DNA of 64,000 nt, from NCBI GenBank assembly GCA_963700635.1, contig CAVOYH010000003.1:1440001-1504000 (forward strand), given 5' to 3'. The DNA is from an uncultured Bacteroidota bacterium. GTDB taxonomy: Bacteria; Bacteroidota; Ignavibacteria; UBA10030; UBA6906. Within the stretch, counting starts at the first letter, position 1. Each line of letters starts with the position of its first letter. This document shows positions 59,462-64,000 of this stretch, piece by piece. Both the position numbers and the translations under genes were made by a program. The notes beneath the pieces are model-generated. The model had not been told where the DNA came from. It searched no databases and worked only from the letters and a program-made list of their open reading frames with translations.

Positions 59462-60442
59462 CTAGCCAACCTGTCTGTCGAAGATCCAGCTGAAACGGTC
59501 GGGTCCGGTCAGCGAGACGCGCTCCGCGAGCGCCCGGTAACGATCTGCCAATCCGCTGAGGTACTCCTGCGACTTGGCGGCAACGTCGGAGAGCCCGGGG
59601 ATGTGTTCGATATTCCAGTGTTTCACGAGACTCTCGACAATCTCCGCGTAGTCCAGAGCCGTATAGACGCCCGTACGCTGGGCCACCTTCGAGAAACGCA
59701 GAAACAGATTGTCGTCCTTCCCGTCGCGCATCATGACTGCAGGCATGACGATTTTACGTTTCATCATCGTCGCGAACGCCAGCACTGCACGAACAGGATC
59801 GACCTCGAAGATTTTGGACATGAACAACTTGTAGGCCTTCTCGTGCCGCGCCTCATCACCGGCAATCACGCCGCAAATGCGGTGGAGGGTTTCATCTCCT
59901 GCTCGTAATGCATGCGTGGCAACGTTTCGGTGGGATATCTTTGTGGCTCGTTCCTGGAACGATGTGTAAATGAACCCGAGGTAGGGGTCGTTTTCTGTCT
60001 GAGGGTCGAATCCGCTGTTGATGAGATGATGGATGGTCACCTCCACCGCACGCATATCCACCCTGCCGGTCAGCAGCAGATAGCGGTTCAGGAGGTCGCC
60101 GTGCCGGTTTTCTTCGGCCGTCCATCCTCTGCTCCACCGTGCCCATGGCGTATCACTCGTACCGGTCATATCCGTAAGCCCGTCAAGGCGGTTGAGCCAG
60201 GTCTGGTAGGTGGGGAGTGCTTCTTCCGTTACCATATCCCCGACCAGAACCACCAGAAGCTCGTCCGGCAGGTCCTTTGCTTCGTTTCGTAGGGCGTCGA
60301 CCCGCTCCTTCCACCCCGGGTCAGTCAGTACGGGGAGAAAATCCGTAGGTTGCCAGCTGCTTTCGACGGGTTTGAGAAGTGTGTCGATGTTCTCGCCGAC
60401 ATATCCTTCTATGCTCTTGATAACTTCCAACTTTGTTGGCAT
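59462..60442 (-). CDS. Acyl-ACP desaturase (ferritin-like di-iron)
   Basis: [28 protein letters not shown] and DEARH motifs. Confidence 0.95.
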   Translation of the reverse strand: MPTKLEVIKSIEGYVGENIDTLLKPVESSWQPTDFLPVLTDPGWKERVDALRNEAKDLPDELLVVLVGDMVTEEALPTYQTWLNRLDGLTDMTGTSDTPWARWSRGWTAEENRHGDLLNRYLLLTGRVDMRAVEVTIHHLINSGFDPQTENDPYLGFIYTSFQERATKISHRNVATHALRAGDETLHRICGVIAGDEARHEKAYKLFMSKIFEVDPVRAVLAFATMMKRKIVMPAVMMRDGKDDNLFLRFSKVAQRTGVYTALDYAEIVESLVKHWNIEHIPGLSDVAAKSQEYLSGLADRYRALAERVSLTGPDRFSWIFDRQVG

Positions 60443-60565
60443 GCCGGTCCGACCGATCAAGTGATCCCCTATCAAAGAACACCGTGGAAGACAAAAGTGT
60501 TTCCCTCTTCCCGGGATTGTTGAAGGTTGCTTCTGCTTCCCCGAACGAAGAAAGGCCTTCGTTTC

Positions 60566-61588
60566 CTAGACCCTGCTCCTTCCCACTTCATCCAGCATGG
60601 CCATATAGTTCGCAAACGCGACGTATTCAGGAATACTGTTCCCCGACCCGGCACAGTATCCGGTGCCGTTCCACGCCGCCGCGATGTTCCGCCGGACCTG
60701 CTCCCGTACCTCTTCCGGAGTCCCCCTGGCCAGAAGATCTACGTCGATGTGGCCGATAAGGGCAAGACGATCTCCGTAGCGCCGTTTGACCTCGGCGATA
60801 TCCATCGCTTTGGGCTCAATAGGGTGAAGTGCATCGATCCCACAATCGATCAGTTCATCCATAACGTCGAAAAGAACCCCGTCTGAATGATAAATCAGCG
60901 GCTTTCCGACCCGCCGTGCGATATCACCAACTTCCTTCAGCCAGGGAAAAAAGTACCTGCGGAGCATTGCCGGGGAGATCATCAGCCCTGTTGCGTACGC
61001 AATGTCGTCGCTGTACCAGAGGGCGTCGACGGCAGGGTGCTCCGCCATCCGTTTGAACATCGCAACGACGATCGTGCCGAGGCGCTCATTGAGCTCCCCG
61101 ACAAGACCCGGGTCTTCATAGCACGCCATGGAGAATGCTTCGAATCCCATCATCTCCCAGGTCATGGTGAAAATGTCTCCGTATTGGCCGATCACACCCA
61201 GTCCGCGCGGAAGATGCGCCGGAGCATCATCAAAACGGCCATAGGTGATGTCGGAAACCCCGGGAAACGTGTAATGGTCCAGGGACGTTCGATTGGTGAT
61301 TACTCCGGTACTCTCCGAGGCCCATTTCCTGAAGACCGTTCCGTCCGGATTGTAGGTCACGTTTCCGTCTCCCCCGACCTTCCCGGGATTGAAATCGACG
61401 ATGGGCTGGAGCTTGACATAATCATAACCCGCCCTGTACCAGAAATCGATCTCGTCTGCCAACGTTTCAAGTGGTCTGCCGAGGAATCGTTCCTTGATCC
61501 GGGGGTGAACCCCCAGCTCTGCATTGGGAACATAGTCCGCGGGTTGACGCCGTAGCGTGGCTAATAGCTGTGTCTTGTCGGGTCGCAT
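60566..61588 (-). CDS. URO-D/CIMS-like family protein
   Basis: SDD.AY..G.MISP, HSDG, LHPIEP.AMD and GNSIP motifs. Confidence 0.85.
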   Translation of the reverse strand: MRPDKTQLLATLRRQPADYVPNAELGVHPRIKERFLGRPLETLADEIDFWYRAGYDYVKLQPIVDFNPGKVGGDGNVTYNPDGTVFRKWASESTGVITNRTSLDHYTFPGVSDITYGRFDDAPAHLPRGLGVIGQYGDIFTMTWEMMGFEAFSMACYEDPGLVGELNERLGTIVVAMFKRMAEHPAVDALWYSDDIAYATGLMISPAMLRRYFFPWLKEVGDIARRVGKPLIYHSDGVLFDVMDELIDCGIDALHPIEPKAMDIAEVKRRYGDRLALIGHIDVDLLARGTPEEVREQVRRNIAAAWNGTGYCAGSGNSIPEYVAFANYMAMLDEVGRSRV

Positions 61589-61717
61589 CTCAAGTAAAGG
61601 TTAAAATCTTTTAAGTAACATTCGCGTGTCTGTTTTCGTATTATCAAGTGACAATCGTCACATATTGAGACCAGGCGGTTGCCTATGTTGACTCAGAACA
61701 TACAGTACCCGGGGGAT

Positions 61718-61867
61718 ATGATGAAATCGATCTGGACATTTGCGGCGTTGCTGGCAGTTGCTGCAATTCCCATTTTACTCGCAACCAATACCTCGAAGAG
61801 GAAAGTTGTCATCCCCGTGGCGGGTGACGCAAACGACATCTTTGAGTGGGAATTTCAGGAAGACTGA
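61718..61867 (+). CDS. Small membrane-anchored hypothetical protein
   Basis: G-rich RBS; N-terminal TM; acidic tail D.NDIFE.E. Confidence 0.5.
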   Translation: MMKSIWTFAALLAVAAIPILLATNTSKRKVVIPVAGDANDIFEWEFQED

Positions 61868-62011
61868 CTCTTCGCTTCGTGGTGGATCAAGGGCACCAGG
61901 GACCGTTGGTGGGAGCTTCACCCTGTTGCCCATTTTTTTTCGTCACTCCTTGAACCTCAACCCTCGATCGTTACTGTCGTTGGCCCTTCTTCGGACGCAT
62001 CCCTCTTTTCG

Positions 62012-64000
62012 CTAGAAACTGATCGTCCCCTGTCCTTCTTCTCCCTCTTTCCACTTTGAGCTCGTGTGTTTGTCGCATCGTCCCGGCAGAGTCTTCTGCG
62101 TGAAGTATTCGGTGGTGGTGACGGGACAGTATTGCGTTGCAAGTTTCTTTGTGTCGACGCAGATGGTTTCCTGCAGAACACCCGGTGGTTTCTCAAAGTA
62201 TTCGAGGGGCATCCCGATGCTGGGGTCTTCATAGACGTACTTCATGAACCGCCCCCAGATGGGAGCAGCGGCGCGCCCTCCCTGTCCGTCCCATGTTTTG
62301 AAGTGTACGCTCTTATTGTCGAAGCCCATCCACACCGATGCGCTGAGTTGCGGTGTGTATCCCACGAACCATGCGTCGGCGAATTCCGATGTCGTCCCCG
62401 TTTTTCCGGCCGCGGGAAGCTGGAAGAAATCCCGCACATGGCTTCCCGTTCCTCCATTCACGACGCCCTCCAGCATTGACGTCATGATGAATGCCGTCTC
62501 CTCGCTCAGGACTTCTCGTTGAAGCGGAATGTTCTCTTCAATCAGATTCCCGTCCTTGTCTTCGATGCGAAGGATGGAGACCGGTTCGACATACACGCCA
62601 TGGTTTGCGTAGACGCCGAAGGCAGAAGCCATTTCGAGTGGCGACACGTCCCCCGCACCGAGCGCCAGTGACGCATATGGCGGAAGCGGGGAGGTGATCC
62701 CCATCCGCTTTGCATATTCGATGACCTGGTTGACCGGGGCGATTTCCTCTATGGCTCGCACCGCCACCAGGTTAATGGACATCTTAATTGCATAGCGAAT
62801 CGTACTCTTGCCGCCAAACGTCAGATCGGAATTCGACGGGGCCCAGCGCTTCCCGTCAGGCATCATGAGAATAACCGGTTGATTGAGCAATTCGAACGTC
62901 GGCGCGTAGCCGTTGTCAATGGCGACAGTATAGACGAAGGGTTTGAAAGCCGATCCTACCTGCCGGCGGATCTGGGTCACGTGATTGAGGCCGTACTTGA
63001 AATTCCTGAAGTTCGAACCGCCCACAAGCGAAAGGATGCCGCCGGTGGTTGGATCGAGGACCACAAAGCCGATTTCGATCTGCTGCGCAACGTGCATCAT
63101 GGAATCGAGCCAGGGCCGATCGTCTTTGCGCGCGGCATACAGACTGTCGCGGTCATGCGACGTCACTGCCTTGCGGTAGGCGGGCGACGTGCGGATTGCC
63201 TGATCAATCACGAAGCTGAGGGCCTCGCGCTCCTGTGACCAGTTCCACTCCTTGTCGAAAAGGGCCTGATAGATCGTGAGGTGCTCTTCGACTGCACGGT
63301 TTGCCTGACGCTGCATGCGGCTGTCGAGAGTCGTGAATACCTGGATACCATCGCGATACACATCGAACCCGTATTTCTCCGCCTTCTCCGCAAGACGCTG
63401 GCGGATGTATTCCACGAAGTGGGGGGCAATACCTGTCCGCGTCGATGCATCGGTGGCCTTCAGCTGAATTGGCTCCGCCTTCGCTTCGTCCGCGACTTCC
63501 TTGGTGATATACCCGTACTTCAGCATTTGACCGATTACCAGGTTTCTGCGGGCAAGCGCCCTGTCGGGATGCGTCGACGGATCGTAGATCGCCGGCCCTT
63601 TCAGCAGCGCGACAAGCATGGCTGCTTCGGGCACGGTAAGCTCCGCGGGCGTTTTGCCGAAGTACTCCTGACCGGCAGAAGAGATACCGTACGATCCGCG
63701 ACCGAAATAGACGACGTTCAAGTAGAACTCGAGGATTTCCTCTTTTGTGAAGTTACGTTCAAGCTGGATCGACGTGATGAACTCGCGGAACTTCCGGGTC
63801 ACCGTGTCAAAGGCGTTCCGGTCGTCATGACCGAGATAGAGATTCCGAGCGAGTTGTTGCGTGATCGTGCTGGCGCCTTCACGAACGCGCCACAGGCGGA
63901 GCGTGTTCTTGACCATCGCCTTGATGAAACGGACGGCGTCGACGCCCCAGTGGCTGTAGAAGTCCTTGTCCTCGGTGGCGATCAGAGCGTCCTGAACGGT
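62012..64000 (-). CDS. Class A penicillin-binding protein (PBP1A), 5' end outside the window
   Basis: EDKDFYSHWG, GASTITQQL, SAFK, SIN and KTGT motifs. Confidence 0.95.
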   Translation of the reverse strand, partial: TVQDALIATEDKDFYSHWGVDAVRFIKAMVKNTLRLWRVREGASTITQQLARNLYLGHDDRNAFDTVTRKFREFITSIQLERNFTKEEILEFYLNVVYFGRGSYGISSAGQEYFGKTPAELTVPEAAMLVALLKGPAIYDPSTHPDRALARRNLVIGQMLKYGYITKEVADEAKAEPIQLKATDASTRTGIAPHFVEYIRQRLAEKAEKYGFDVYRDGIQVFTTLDSRMQRQANRAVEEHLTIYQALFDKEWNWSQEREALSFVIDQAIRTSPAYRKAVTSHDRDSLYAARKDDRPWLDSMMHVAQQIEIGFVVLDPTTGGILSLVGGSNFRNFKYGLNHVTQIRRQVGSAFKPFVYTVAIDNGYAPTFELLNQPVILMMPDGKRWAPSNSDLTFGGKSTIRYAIKMSINLVAVRAIEEIAPVNQVIEYAKRMGITSPLPPYASLALGAGDVSPLEMASAFGVYANHGVYVEPVSILRIEDKDGNLIEENIPLQREVLSEETAFIMTSMLEGVVNGGTGSHVRDFFQLPAAGKTGTTSEFADAWFVGYTPQLSASVWMGFDNKSVHFKTWDGQGGRAAAPIWGRFMKYVYEDPSIGMPLEYFEKPPGVLQETICVDTKKLATQYCPVTTTEYFTQKTLPGRCDKHTSSKWKEGEEGQGTISF

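Overview
This 64-kb window comes from a moderately GC-rich FCB-group bacterium, probably Ignavibacteria-like. The main basis is four C-terminal T9SS sorting domains of the (N)F/YPNPFNPSTTI type. The right end (~57.8-64 kb) looks like core chromosome: tRNA-Leu(CAG), acyl-ACP desaturase, a URO-D-like gene and PBP1A. Most of the rest is a high-turnover accessory region. It holds sugar transporters and CAZymes, secreted peptidases, a tripartite HipBST-type module with visible operators, hicBA, a Fic gene and a czcCBA/P-II efflux cluster. It also contains many IS and gene remnants. The most striking structure is four co-oriented, intergenic 11-16 bp copies of the tRNA-Leu 3' end (40900, 47821, 49460, 50547). 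They divide the 17 kb downstream of the tRNA into tandem cargo modules, none of which encodes an integrase. Just upstream of the tRNA is a duplicated tRNA 5' half interrupted by a perfect 20-bp palindrome. Product calls rest on motif recognition only; no database searches were run.
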